Of a DNA stretch of 64,000 nt, positions 1 to 9,281 are shown piece by piece; positions within the stretch are counted from its first letter, which is position 1, and each line of letters begins with the position of its first letter. The DNA is taken from positions 4,176-68,175 of the forward strand of contig JANXCT010000003.1 of assembly GCA_025059875.1 (NCBI GenBank). The letters run 5' to 3'. The notes beneath the pieces are model-generated. The model had not been told where the DNA came from. It was given only the letters and a program-made list of their open reading frames with translations, and did not search any database. The DNA comes from Candidatus Kapaibacterium sp. GTDB lineage: Bacteria; Bacteroidota; Ignavibacteria; Kapaibacteriales; HRBIN21. The position numbers were made by a program, and so were the translations under genes.

Positions 1-794
1 GGTTGCTGATTCAGCGCCAGCAAGGTATCCCCGGCCGTAAGCCCAGCACGTCCCGCGGGCTTAAGGGCGTCTGTAGCCAAGACGACAACACGGCTTGGGT
101 CTGGAAAGAGCTCTAGCTCGCGCTCTCTGACCAGCAGCGAGAGGAGCGTGGACTTTGGGATGCTGAGCCGATGGCGCTCCCCACCAGCAGGGCGCTCCAA
201 TTCAATGACCCGCTCCTCGCCCCGGAAATCCGTGGACACGAGTCGCTCCAACACCTCGTTCCAGGAGCTCACCTCCATCCCGTCAATGGCAAGAATACGG
301 TCGCCGTCCCGGAGGCCCAGCTCAGCACCGAAGGAGCCTGGCGGTACGTAGGCAATGGTTGTCGTCTTCCACTCTTGCCCTCCTCTGAGGAGCGCCAGAC
401 CCGCGAAGATGCCAATGGCCGTGAGCACATTCATGATGACGCCAGCGGAGAGCACCAGCGCCTTCTGCCAGAAGGACTTGCTCCGGAATTCCCATGGCCG
501 CGGTGAGGAATCGCCTGCTTCCGGGTCTTCCTCCACCATACCGGCAATCCGGACGTAGCCACCGATGGGCAAGAGGGAGAAGCGGTAGTCCGTTGCGCCT
601 CGGCCAAGCCACCCTGGAGGGAGCGGCCCAAAGCGCCACCCGAGACCACGCATGTATCCAAACAACCGAGGACCCATGCCAATCGAGAACACATCCACAC
701 GGATCCCCACCGCACGAGCCGCTAGGAAGTGCCCCAGCTCGTGCACCGTCACGATGATGGCAATAGTGGCCAGGAAGTAGATGAGCTCTTGCAC
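1..794 (-). CDS. rseP: RIP metalloprotease RseP (M50 family), partial; runs off the window start
   Basis: Manual translation from GTG at 794: MQELIYFLATIAIIVTVHELGHFLAARAVGIRVDVFSIGMGP, with the HExxH motif. Lies directly downstream of dxr, a conserved arrangement. Absent from the ORF track because it has no stop in the window. Confidence 0.9.
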   Translation of the reverse strand, partial: MQELIYFLATIAIIVTVHELGHFLAARAVGIRVDVFSIGMGPRLFGYMRGLGWRFGPLPPGWLGRGATDYRFSLLPIGGYVRIAGMVEEDPEAGDSSPRPWEFRSKSFWQKALVLSAGVIMNVLTAIGIFAGLALLRGGQEWKTTTIAYVPPGSFGAELGLRDGDRILAIDGMEVSSWNEVLERLVSTDFRGEERVIELERPAGGERHRLSIPKSTLLSLLVRERELELFPDPSRVVVLATDALKPAGRAGLTAGDTLLALNQQ

Positions 795-809
795 GGGGCT
801 GTTCCTACG

Positions 810-1979
810 CTATGGAACTGACGTCGGTGTTCCATCGGCAATGAGTGCATGGACGAAGAGCCGCGCCTGACGGTCTATCTCCAGCACCTGCTCCAGTGTC
901 GGGTGCGGCAGGACGTCGAAGTACCCTAGAGCTTCTTCAACCAGTCGAGGAATGTCCACAAAGCGGATTGCTCCCCGAAGGAAGGCCGCCACGGCGACCT
1001 CGTTGGCAGCATTGAGGACAGCCGGTGCAGAACCACCATGCCGCAACGCCTCCAAAGCCAGCCCCAGGCAAGGGAAACGTTCGGTGTCGGGTTCCTCAAA
1101 CTCCAAGCGTCCGAGGGCTGCAAGGTCCAGTCGTGGCAGGGCCAACGGATGCCGCTGCGGGTAGCTGAGGGCATAGGCAATCGGGATACGCATGTCCGGG
1201 AGCGAAAGCTGCGCTTTGACCGAGCCATCTCGGAAGTACACCAATGCATGGATGATGCTCTGCGGATGGATGAGGACGCGGATGCGCTCCAGCGGCATCC
1301 TAAAGAGCCAATGGGCCTCGATGACCTCCAGCCCTTTGTTCATGAGCGTTGCCGAATCCACCGTGATCTTGGCACCCATCTGCCAGTTCGGGTGACGCAG
1401 CGCCTCCTCAACTGTGACTTCCGCCAAGCGCTCCTTCGGCAGCGTGCGGAAGGGGCCGCCAGAGGCCGTCAGCACAAGCTCCTCCACACTCCCGTCTGGC
1501 TCGCCTTGGAGGCACTGTAGGATGGCGCTGTGTTCACTATCGATCGGGAGCAAGGGGACGCGGTGCTCTTCGACTGCGCGCATCACCAGGTGGCCAGCGC
1601 TGACGAGCACCTCTTTGTTGGCCAAGGCAACGGGAATCCCAGCCTGGAGCGCTGCCAGAGTTGGAAGGATGCCGCCAGCTCCGACTAAGCTCACGACAAC
1701 CAAACCATTGCTGCTCTCTGCCGCAGCCTCCTGTAGCCCCTCAAAGCCGCAGAGGACTGGCCCCGGGAACGGAACCTGGCGGCGGAACTCCTTCCAGGCT
1801 TGCTCATCCACAATCACCACGCCTGCAGGCTGGAAAGTACGGACCTGTTCGGCCAGAAGCTCTACGTTGGAGTGGGTTGCGAGGTAGCCAATGCGAAATG
1901 GCTCAGGCCACTGACGGAGCACTTCCAGGGTCTGCCGCCCGATGGAGCCGGTGGAGCCCAAGATGGTAATGGTGCGCAT
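810..1979 (-). CDS. dxr: 1-deoxy-D-xylulose-5-phosphate reductoisomerase
   Basis: Motifs LGSTGSIG, LANKE, PIDSEHSAI, TASGGPF, HPNWQMGAKITVDSATLMNKGLE. Confidence 0.97.
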   Translation of the reverse strand: MRTITILGSTGSIGRQTLEVLRQWPEPFRIGYLATHSNVELLAEQVRTFQPAGVVIVDEQAWKEFRRQVPFPGPVLCGFEGLQEAAAESSNGLVVVSLVGAGGILPTLAALQAGIPVALANKEVLVSAGHLVMRAVEEHRVPLLPIDSEHSAILQCLQGEPDGSVEELVLTASGGPFRTLPKERLAEVTVEEALRHPNWQMGAKITVDSATLMNKGLEVIEAHWLFRMPLERIRVLIHPQSIIHALVYFRDGSVKAQLSLPDMRIPIAYALSYPQRHPLALPRLDLAALGRLEFEEPDTERFPCLGLALEALRHGGSAPAVLNAANEVAVAAFLRGAIRFVDIPRLVEEALGYFDVLPHPTLEQVLEIDRQARLFVHALIADGTPTSVP

Positions 1980-3583
1980 CAGGAGCGGTACTCGTCGGTG
2001 ACATCACGCTGCCGGCGCAGTGAGAAGCATCGGAACTGGTCCATCGGCAAACGTGGCTCGGGCTGGACGCGCAGCCAGACGCGATAGCGCAGCATGAGCC
2101 GCAGACGCCGGGAGAAGATTCCCTGCGTGAGCTGACGTGCTACCGTCGGGTGGACCCGGACGAGTACCCGCCATTCCCGGGTGTGTGTCCGGAAGTTCCG
2201 TAGCCATCGCTCTAGGGAGTTGAGCACAACGACGCTGCCGTAGAGGCGTCCACTCCCTTGGCATGTCGGACAAGGCTCGGTGAGCTTCTCCAGGATGTTT
2301 CGCCCAACGCGCTGCCGGGTGAATGGCAGCATCCCTAGGTGGGTCATCGGGTAGACGACCGTCTTAGCGCGGTCACGCGCCAGCTCGCGTTTGAGCTCTT
2401 CATAGACCTGCTGCCGATGCCTCTCCTGCTGGAGGTCAATGAAGTCTACGAGCACAATTCCGCCAATATCCCGCAGCCGCACCTGGCGAGCAATTTCCCG
2501 CGCTGCCTCGAGGTTCGTACGTAGAGCATTGATCTCCTGACTCGGATCGCTGAGACTACGTCCAGCGTTGACGTCAATGACGGTCATTGCCTCTGTGTGA
2601 TCGATTACCAACGAGCCGCCACTAGGCAGCGGGACCCGGCGCTGGTAGAGGCGAGCCACCTCCGACTCGATCTCGAAGCGGTCGAATAGTGATTCCTTGT
2701 CCGTGTAAAGCTCCAGTCGAGGCAGGAATCCTGGAGCAACTCGCTTGAGGTACTGTCGGAGGGCGTTGTAAATGGGCCGGGAATCCACCAGGATGCGCTC
2801 TACCTCTGGGGAGAGGAACTCCCGCATCGCTTCAATGTAGATGGGGTCCTCGGGGCGAAGGAGCTGTGGTGCCCTCCGAGTGCGTGCCTGCCGTTCAATG
2901 CGCTGCCATTCCGCCAGCAGCCACTTGAGCTCCTGCTGCAGGACTTCAGGGCTCTGTCCCTGGGCTGCCGTCCGGACGATGCAGCCGTAGTCCTCTGGCA
3001 GCACTGAGCGTACAACCCGCCGGAGGCGACGGCGCTCCTCTTCGTCGGTAATCTTCTGCGAGACTCCAACCCCAGAGCCCAAAGGTGACAGCACCACGTA
3101 GTGCCCTGGGATGGTGACGTGAGTCGTCACACGGACCCCCTTCTCCGCGTAGGCATCACGCATCACCTGCACAAGCACTTTCTGCCCTGCCTCCAGAGGG
3201 ATGACCACTTTGCCAGCCCGTCGAGTCTGGAAGACAGGGTAGCTCGGTGGACTGCCGTTTTCTCGTCCGGAGCGGATCCTCTGCCGTGCTGCAGGTGTAC
3301 TAGAGGCCGACTCCTCCTGTCCTTCCTCCTGAATGGCTGCCGTCAGTTCTGCTACTGACTCCGCCACATCGGAAAAGTGCAGGAAAGCATCCTGCGGCAG
3401 TCCAATGTCTACGAACGCTGCGTTGATGCCTCTCACGATCCGCTTTACCCGTCCCAAGTAGATGGCTCCCACAAGCCGTTCCCGGTCCGGGACATCAATC
3501 CAGAGCTCCGTCAGCCTCCCATCCTCCAGGACCGCAACACGGATTTCGCTGAGGAGTTCTGCAATGAGGATCTGGCGCCTCAT
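1979..3583 (-). CDS. Rne/Rng family ribonuclease (RNase E/G)
   Basis: S1 domain (GAIYLGRV...AAFVDIG...AFLH) and catalytic region IDVNAG...RLRDIGGIVLVDFID, plus a CPTCQGSG Zn-link. Start taken at MRRQIL (3583). Confidence 0.93.
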   Translation of the reverse strand: MRRQILIAELLSEIRVAVLEDGRLTELWIDVPDRERLVGAIYLGRVKRIVRGINAAFVDIGLPQDAFLHFSDVAESVAELTAAIQEEGQEESASSTPAARQRIRSGRENGSPPSYPVFQTRRAGKVVIPLEAGQKVLVQVMRDAYAEKGVRVTTHVTIPGHYVVLSPLGSGVGVSQKITDEEERRRLRRVVRSVLPEDYGCIVRTAAQGQSPEVLQQELKWLLAEWQRIERQARTRRAPQLLRPEDPIYIEAMREFLSPEVERILVDSRPIYNALRQYLKRVAPGFLPRLELYTDKESLFDRFEIESEVARLYQRRVPLPSGGSLVIDHTEAMTVIDVNAGRSLSDPSQEINALRTNLEAAREIARQVRLRDIGGIVLVDFIDLQQERHRQQVYEELKRELARDRAKTVVYPMTHLGMLPFTRQRVGRNILEKLTEPCPTCQGSGRLYGSVVVLNSLERWLRNFRTHTREWRVLVRVHPTVARQLTQGIFSRRLRLMLRYRVWLRVQPEPRLPMDQFRCFSLRRQRDVTDEYRS

Positions 3584-3651
3584 CGTACCTTCCAACGCTC
3601 CGCCGGAAGACTTCCGCAGGAAAGACGAAGGCTGCAAGCGTTATCGTACAC

Positions 3652-4284
3652 TTACCGGAAATGCCCGTTGCTCCTCACACGACGCACGAAGAGCTCCAAC
3701 TGCTCCAGTCGGGGGAGGAGACGCTCCAGGTGTGCCCGCAGCCATTCCAACCGTTGGCGCTCGGAACGGAGCTCCAAGAGGTGCTGGCGCTGGAGGACCT
3801 CTAGCCCAAGCTGTCGGCCGATGAAGAATGAAAGGGGCTCGGCTTGGCGACTATCTGCTAGGATCAGCTCCTCTACATCTGGCGTCGTCCCACGGAGAAG
3901 CTGCAGGAACCGAGCATAGAGCTCCACACATGCTTGCCGCAGCTCGTCGGGGGCAGTATCCTCCTCGTCGAGGAGCCACTCCACCTCGGCCGTCCAGTAT
4001 GGGTGCGTGCGCTCGTCTAGGCTGAGTGTCTGGTAGCGTTGGACTCCTTCAACGGCAATGTCCATGCGCCCATCACGGTAGCGGCGGAAAACCTCTCGCA
4101 GAGCACTCACACAGCCAACTCCGTAGAAACGACCCTGCCACAGCAGATTGATCCCCATCCGTTCCCGGCCATCTAAAACCCGCTGCACCAGCAGCTTGTA
4201 CCGAGGCTCGAAGATGTGGAGCGGTATCACCTCGCCCGGTAGCAGCACAGTCGGTAGCGGGAAGACAGCAATCCGTTCAGCCAC
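3652..4284 (-). CDS. Stand-alone LON peptidase substrate-binding (LON_N) domain protein
   Basis: FPLPTVLLPGEVIPLHIFEPRY is the typical LON_N start. No AAA or protease domain follows. GTG start at 4284 overlaps the panC stop. Confidence 0.85.
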   Translation of the reverse strand: MAERIAVFPLPTVLLPGEVIPLHIFEPRYKLLVQRVLDGRERMGINLLWQGRFYGVGCVSALREVFRRYRDGRMDIAVEGVQRYQTLSLDERTHPYWTAEVEWLLDEEDTAPDELRQACVELYARFLQLLRGTTPDVEELILADSRQAEPLSFFIGRQLGLEVLQRQHLLELRSERQRLEWLRAHLERLLPRLEQLELFVRRVRSNGHFR

Positions 4285-5152
4285 GCTGCCCCTCCAACAG
4301 CGGTACTTGGACGAGCTCGTTGTCAATGAGGCGCGTCGTCCCAAGCCGAGCAGCGACGAGGAGGACGAGCTCCTGGCCCGGGCTGAACGTGTCCGGCTCT
4401 TCCAGCGTGTACGCCTCGGCAGCAGCAGCGTAGTCCACCTGCAGCTCGGGGACGGTGAGGAGCTCCCGCTCCATCGTCTCAACGATTGCCTGTCGTCGGC
4501 GCTCTCCGAGCAGAACGAGCTCTCGTCCGCGCTGCAGGGCACGGTAGAGTACTGTTGCCTTCTGACGCTCCTCGGCTGATAGGTAGACGTTCCGAGAGCT
4601 CATTGCCAGGCCGTCCGGCTCCCGAACCGTCGGTGCGACGACGATCTCGGTATCCACGTTGAGGTCCCGCACGAGCTGCCGAACGACTAACGTCTGCTGC
4701 CAGTCCTTCTGCCCGAAGATCGCCACGTGAGGTTTCGTCGCTAGAAAGAGCTTCAGCACGATCGTGGCTACGCCCTCGAAGTGTCCAGGCCGGAAGCGGC
4801 CTTCAAACTTGCCGCTGATGCCGCGGACGCTAACCACAGTCGTGTAGCCTCCTGGGTACATCTCCTCCACACTGGGGACGAAGAGCACGTCGCAGCCGAC
4901 CTCTTCTGCCAGCCGGCGATCGCGCTCCAGATCGCGTGGATACCGCTCGTAGTCCTCGCCTGGGCCGAATTGCGTGGGGTTGACGAAGAGGGTCGTAACG
5001 ACCACGTCGGCAAGCTGCCGAGCACGCCGCATGAGACTGAGGTGCCCCTCGTGGAAGTAGCCCATCGTTGGGACCACAGCGATACGCCGTCCAGCACGGC
5101 GTTGCTGATCGGCGTACTGCTGCATGTGGTGCACCGTTACGATGAGCTCCAT
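4277..5152 (-). CDS. panC: Pantoate--beta-alanine ligase
   Basis: VPTMGYFHEGHLSL, FVNPTQF, RPGHFEGV, FGQKD, GLAMSSRN, RLIDN. Confidence 0.97.
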   Translation of the reverse strand: MELIVTVHHMQQYADQQRRAGRRIAVVPTMGYFHEGHLSLMRRARQLADVVVTTLFVNPTQFGPGEDYERYPRDLERDRRLAEEVGCDVLFVPSVEEMYPGGYTTVVSVRGISGKFEGRFRPGHFEGVATIVLKLFLATKPHVAIFGQKDWQQTLVVRQLVRDLNVDTEIVVAPTVREPDGLAMSSRNVYLSAEERQKATVLYRALQRGRELVLLGERRRQAIVETMERELLTVPELQVDYAAAAEAYTLEEPDTFSPGQELVLLVAARLGTTRLIDNELVQVPLLEGQRG

Positions 5153-6978
5153 TCCTCCGCTTGGGCAATGAAGCGCTCAATGACGGCCAACCCTTGGCGC
5201 CAGAAGGCCGGCTGTGTGACATCAATCCCGAACTGCTGGAGCAGAACCTCAGGAGCTTCCGAACCACCAGCAGCTAACAGCTCGCAGTAGCGCGGTAAGA
5301 ACGCCTCTCCCTTGCGCTGGTACTGCTCGTAGAGCGACAGGACTAGTAGCTCGCCGAAGGCATAGGCGTAGACGTAGCCGGGTGTATGGAGGAAATGCGG
5401 AATGTAGCTCCACCAGAGAGCGTAGTTCTGCGTCAGCTCCACGCTGCCTCGGAACATGGCCTGCTGTGTCTCCATCCAGTAGGCAGAGAACTCCTCGGTC
5501 GTCAGCTCCCCTTTCGTCGCACGCTGGCGGTGGATGGCATCCTCAAAGCGGTTCATCGCCACCTGCCGGAAGACCGTCGCCAGGAGGTCATCCAGCTTGC
5601 CCAGGAGCAGCGCCAATCGAGCCCGGCGGTCATCGGTCTGGCGCAGCAACCGCTGGAAGACGAGCATCTCTCCGAATGTTGAGGCCATCTCCGCCAGCGT
5701 CAGCGGCGCATGCGTCTGCAAGACGCTGTGCTGCCGCGAGAGGTACTGATGGATCCCATGCCCGAGCTCATGGGCAAGGGTCAGCACATCCCGAGTCGTA
5801 CCTGTGAAGTTGAGGAAGACATACGGGTGCACCGATGGCACCGTAGGAGCAGCGTAAGCCCCTCCTTGCTTGCCCGGGGTGACAGCAGCATGAATCCAGC
5901 CCTGCTCGAAGAAGCGGTCAACGATGCGGCCGAACTCTGGAGAGAAGTCCCAGTACGCCTGGCGGACAATCTGCGAGGCTTCGCGCCAGTGCCACCGATG
6001 TAATCCCACCGGCAGCGGTGCATAACGGTCCCACTCATAGAGCCGATCCAGCTGGAGGAGCCGACGCTTCAGCGTGTAATAGCGCTCCACCAGCTCGTAG
6101 CCCTCAACAACGGTGCGGATGAGTACCTCAACAGTAGAGTCGCTGACCTCATTCTCCAGGTTCCGCGGAGCTAACCAGTGGGGATAGCCGCGGAGTTGGA
6201 CGACCGTAGTGTGCCAGTCAGCCAGGAGCGTGTTGAAGATGAAGGTTAGGAGTCGAGCATTCGCACGCAGGCCTTCAGTGAAGGCTTCCGAAGCGCGACG
6301 CCGCAGCTCTCGGTCGGGATGGTGGAGGAGCGCCAGCAGCTCCTGCTGCTGGTATGGCTTGCCATCTAAGGTGTAGACGGCACCGCTGGTGAGCTCATCG
6401 AAGAGTCGAATCCAAGCAAAGCGGCTGGTTGTCTCCTTCAGTACCAGCACCTCCTCCGCTGCCTCCTCCAAGGTGTATGGCCGGAACTGGAGGGTATGGG
6501 CCAGCCAATGCCGCCAGCGTCGAATGCGAGGTGAGCTCAGGATACGCTGTTGGAAGTCCTCCGGAGCATGTATCCACTGCAGGGGCACGAACACCAGAGC
6601 GCGCTCTGCAATCGCGCTCTGCTCCCTAACTCGCTGCAAGAGAGCGCCAAGCTGTGGGTTCCCCGTGTCAGTCGACCACAGCAAGTACACGTAGCTATTG
6701 AGCCGAGAGCTCGTCTCCAGCAGGGCTTCATATTCGCGGAGCAGAGCCTCTACTTCCTCTTCGGTCGCTGTAGCGAATTTCCCACGCCAGCGTTGGGCAA
6801 AGGCTTCTGCCCGCTGCGGGAGTTCCTCGAGGTCAGAGCGGAACTCGCGGGAGTCAATTCCCGGATAGAGGTCTTTCAAGTCCCAAACGACGGTTTCGGC
6901 TCCAGAATCCCGGTTCTGCTCCCCCGTTATCGTCCCAGACTGGAGGCCTTCAGCTTTCAGAAGTGCTCGATAGTGCAT
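5137..6978 (-). CDS. M3 family oligoendopeptidase (PepF-like)
   Basis: N-terminal WDLKDLY, HELGHGIH (HExxH), AEMAS, YVYAYAFG. Start codon uncertain. Confidence 0.9.
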   Translation of the reverse strand: MHYRALLKAEGLQSGTITGEQNRDSGAETVVWDLKDLYPGIDSREFRSDLEELPQRAEAFAQRWRGKFATATEEEVEALLREYEALLETSSRLNSYVYLLWSTDTGNPQLGALLQRVREQSAIAERALVFVPLQWIHAPEDFQQRILSSPRIRRWRHWLAHTLQFRPYTLEEAAEEVLVLKETTSRFAWIRLFDELTSGAVYTLDGKPYQQQELLALLHHPDRELRRRASEAFTEGLRANARLLTFIFNTLLADWHTTVVQLRGYPHWLAPRNLENEVSDSTVEVLIRTVVEGYELVERYYTLKRRLLQLDRLYEWDRYAPLPVGLHRWHWREASQIVRQAYWDFSPEFGRIVDRFFEQGWIHAAVTPGKQGGAYAAPTVPSVHPYVFLNFTGTTRDVLTLAHELGHGIHQYLSRQHSVLQTHAPLTLAEMASTFGEMLVFQRLLRQTDDRRARLALLLGKLDDLLATVFRQVAMNRFEDAIHRQRATKGELTTEEFSAYWMETQQAMFRGSVELTQNYALWWSYIPHFLHTPGYVYAYAFGELLVLSLYEQYQRKGEAFLPRYCELLAAGGSEAPEVLLQQFGIDVTQPAFWRQGLAVIERFIAQAEEWSSS

Positions 6979-6994
6979 TCTCGCACTGCTATGC

Positions 6995-8347
6995 TTATGG
7001 CACAATACGGTACAACATTCGCGGGAACGGAATCGTTTCCCGGATATGCTGGGCACCGGTGATCCACTTGACCGTGCGCTCTATCCCAAGCCCGAAGCCA
7101 CTGTGGGGTACCGAGCCGTAGCGGCGTAGGTCCAGATACCACTGGAACGCCCCCTCCGGCAAGCCATGCTCGCGGATGCGCTGGAGGAGTGCATCGTAGT
7201 CGTCCTCCCGCTGGCTGCCTCCGATGATCTCCCCTCCACCTTCAGGAGCCAACATATCCATGGCGAGGACAAGGTCAGGGTTTTCCGGATCTCGCTTCAT
7301 GTAGAAAGCCTTCACAGCCGCAGGATACCGATGGATGATGCAAGGCTTGTCGAATTCCTCCATGATAGCATCCTCTTGGGGTGCACCGAAGTCCTCGCCC
7401 CATGGAAAGTCTACGAGCTCCTCGCTCCCATCGGGCAATTTCCGGTGGAGCTTGACCCCTTTGCGGCGCACAATCTCCACGGCCTCGGTGTAGCTGATTC
7501 GATAGAATGGACGCCGCACCTTCTCTAGCATCGATAGGTTCCGCCCCAGTGTCCTCAGCTCCTGCTCGCAGTGGCGCAGCACGTACTGTACGATGTACTC
7601 AACCAAGTCTTCGGCCAGGTCCATGTCGTCCTCCAAGTCAAAGAAGGCTGCCTCTGGCTCCACCATCCAGAACTCCGTCAAATGGCGGCGAGTCTTCGAG
7701 CGCTCAGCTCGGAAGGTGGGCCCCAGAGTGTAGACCCGGCCGTGGGCCATTGCTGCAGCCTCCGCGTAGAGCTGGCCCGATTGGGAAAGGTAAGCCTTGC
7801 CCAGGTCGAAGTAGTCTAGCTCGAAGAGCGTTGTCGTCCCCTCGCAAGCATTGGCAGTCAAGATTGGAGCATCGATTCGCACGAAGCCATTCGCATCCAG
7901 GAACTCACAGATGGCTCGGATAACCGCCGCCCGAACCCGCATGATAGCATGCTGACGTGTCGAACGGAGCCACAGGTGGCGATGCTCCATGAGGAATTCC
8001 ACGCCATGCTCCTTCGGCGTGATAGGATAGCCACGCGAGAGGTGGAGAATCTGGAAATCTCGCACCTGGAGCTCATATCCTCCTATGGCCCGCTCATCTC
8101 GGCGAACGATCCCTCGGACAATGACCGAAGATTCTTGTGTCACCTCCTTCACCGCCGCAAAGACCTCCGGGATGACCTCAGGCTGGAAGACGACCAACTG
8201 GCAGAAGCCCGAGCCATCCCGAAAGCGCAGGAACTGAAGCCGCCCTTTATCCGTGCGGTCTGCAATCCACCCTCTCAAGGTAACCTCCTCTCCGACGAGC
8301 TTCGGCAAGTCGGCAATTCGCTGGTAGCTGCGGTAGCGTGAACCCAT
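6995..8347 (-). CDS. asnS: Asparagine--tRNA ligase
   Basis: OB-fold N-terminus, [50 protein letters not shown]. Confidence 0.95.
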   Translation of the reverse strand: MGSRYRSYQRIADLPKLVGEEVTLRGWIADRTDKGRLQFLRFRDGSGFCQLVVFQPEVIPEVFAAVKEVTQESSVIVRGIVRRDERAIGGYELQVRDFQILHLSRGYPITPKEHGVEFLMEHRHLWLRSTRQHAIMRVRAAVIRAICEFLDANGFVRIDAPILTANACEGTTTLFELDYFDLGKAYLSQSGQLYAEAAAMAHGRVYTLGPTFRAERSKTRRHLTEFWMVEPEAAFFDLEDDMDLAEDLVEYIVQYVLRHCEQELRTLGRNLSMLEKVRRPFYRISYTEAVEIVRRKGVKLHRKLPDGSEELVDFPWGEDFGAPQEDAIMEEFDKPCIIHRYPAAVKAFYMKRDPENPDLVLAMDMLAPEGGGEIIGGSQREDDYDALLQRIREHGLPEGAFQWYLDLRRYGSVPHSGFGLGIERTVKWITGAQHIRETIPFPRMLYRIVP

Positions 8348-8371
8348 TACTCTGGCCTGCTATAAGGCTCG

Positions 8372-8379
8372 CAAAATTA
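8372..8379 (-). promoter_or_regulatory. Bacteroidota-type -7 promoter element (TAATTTTG) for the asnS operon
   Basis: Exact TAnnTTTG match on the minus strand about 25 nt upstream of the asnS ATG. Confidence 0.6.
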
Positions 8380-8429
8380 CGCAACCCCGGAAGGGCTCTT
8401 TCCCGATGGAGCATCTACGACCTAGGGCG

Positions 8430-8437
8430 TAATTTTG
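8430..8437 (+). promoter_or_regulatory. Bacteroidota-type -7 promoter element (TAATTTTG) for the small ribosomal protein operon
   Basis: Exact TAnnTTTG match 35 nt upstream of ATG 8473, divergent from the asnS element. Confidence 0.6.
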
Positions 8438-8472
8438 CAGTCAGCCGTAACTCTGAGACTGCGGATTTGGCC

Positions 8473-8661
8473 ATGGCGAAAGTACAGAGCTTTGCCGACA
8501 AGGTTCGGAAGGCAGAACAGCGAGGAAAGGGCCCCGTCATGGTGCAGGTCATCAAGGGGTACCGATCTGAGCGCGGAACGATTCGCTTCCTCAAGCGCTT
8601 CGTCCGCGTCAATGACCTGAGCGAAGTAGACACGTTGGACATTCAGAAGGACGGCCAATGA
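8473..8661 (+). CDS. Small basic protein, DUF4295 / bL38-like
   Basis: 62 aa, [16 protein letters not shown]...[16 protein letters not shown], resembling the DUF4295 pattern as I recall it. Stop overlaps the rpmE start (ATGA). Confidence 0.6.
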   Translation: MAKVQSFADKVRKAEQRGKGPVMVQVIKGYRSERGTIRFLKRFVRVNDLSEVDTLDIQKDGQ

Positions 8662-8918
8662 AGAAGGGCATTCACCCTTACTACCGCCCGGTTGAGGTCG
8701 TGATGACCGATGGGACTACGTTCGTCACCCGCTCGTGCGCTAAGCGTGACCGGCTGGTCCTGGAGATTGACTCCAAGAGTCACCCCTTTTTCACTGGCAA
8801 GCAAATCCTTGTCGACACCACCGGTCGTGTTGAGCGCTTCCAGCGCCGACTCCAGAAGACGGAGCAACTCCGCCAGCAGAAACAACTCCAACGGCAGCAA
8901 GAGACCTTACAGGAGTAG
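8658..8918 (+). CDS. rpmE: 50S ribosomal protein L31 (no Zn-ribbon cysteines)
   Basis: MKKGIHPYY...[24 protein letters not shown]. Confidence 0.95.
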   Translation: MKKGIHPYYRPVEVVMTDGTTFVTRSCAKRDRLVLEIDSKSHPFFTGKQILVDTTGRVERFQRRLQKTEQLRQQKQLQRQQETLQE

Positions 8919-8921
8919 ACC

Positions 8922-9158
8922 ATGGCTGTCACCGTTCGCAAACGCAAAGCTCGTCGGCGCCCCAATCCCTTAGGGCGTAGCCGTTACGTTGACTACCTGA
9001 ACATTGCTCTGCTTCAGAACTTCATCAACGAGGAAGGCAAAATCCTGCCTCGGCGTCTCACTGGAGTTACAGCGGTACAGCAACGCCGAATTGCGAAGGC
9101 GATCAAGTACGCGCGCCACCTCGCCCTCCTGCCGTTCGTTGGCTATGACCTGAAGTAG
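8922..9158 (+). CDS. rpsR: 30S ribosomal protein S18 (Cys-free)
   Basis: [26 protein letters not shown]...[19 protein letters not shown]. Confidence 0.95.
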   Translation: MAVTVRKRKARRRPNPLGRSRYVDYLNIALLQNFINEEGKILPRRLTGVTAVQQRRIAKAIKYARHLALLPFVGYDLK

Positions 9159-9237
9159 CGCCTCTCTACAATGGCGCTATCCTCCTCAGAAGAGGACTCT
9201 TTGCGCATCGCCGAGCAGAATCCATCGTACACAGTAC

Positions 9238-9264
9238 GGCCCTCCAGGGAAACCCTGGAGGGCC
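9238..9264. terminator. Perfect 12-bp GC hairpin between convergent genes; probable bidirectional terminator
   Basis: GGCCCTCCAGGG-AAA-CCCTGGAGGGCC between the rpsR stop and the stop at 9282. Weak T-rich tail on the plus strand. Confidence 0.65.
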
Positions 9265-9281
9265 ACTTCCGTTTTAGCCAC

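Noticed and set aside
9175..9185. 11-mer GCGCTATCCTC shared with 41798-41808
   Set aside because: Short enough to recur by chance in 64 kb, and the flanks do not align.
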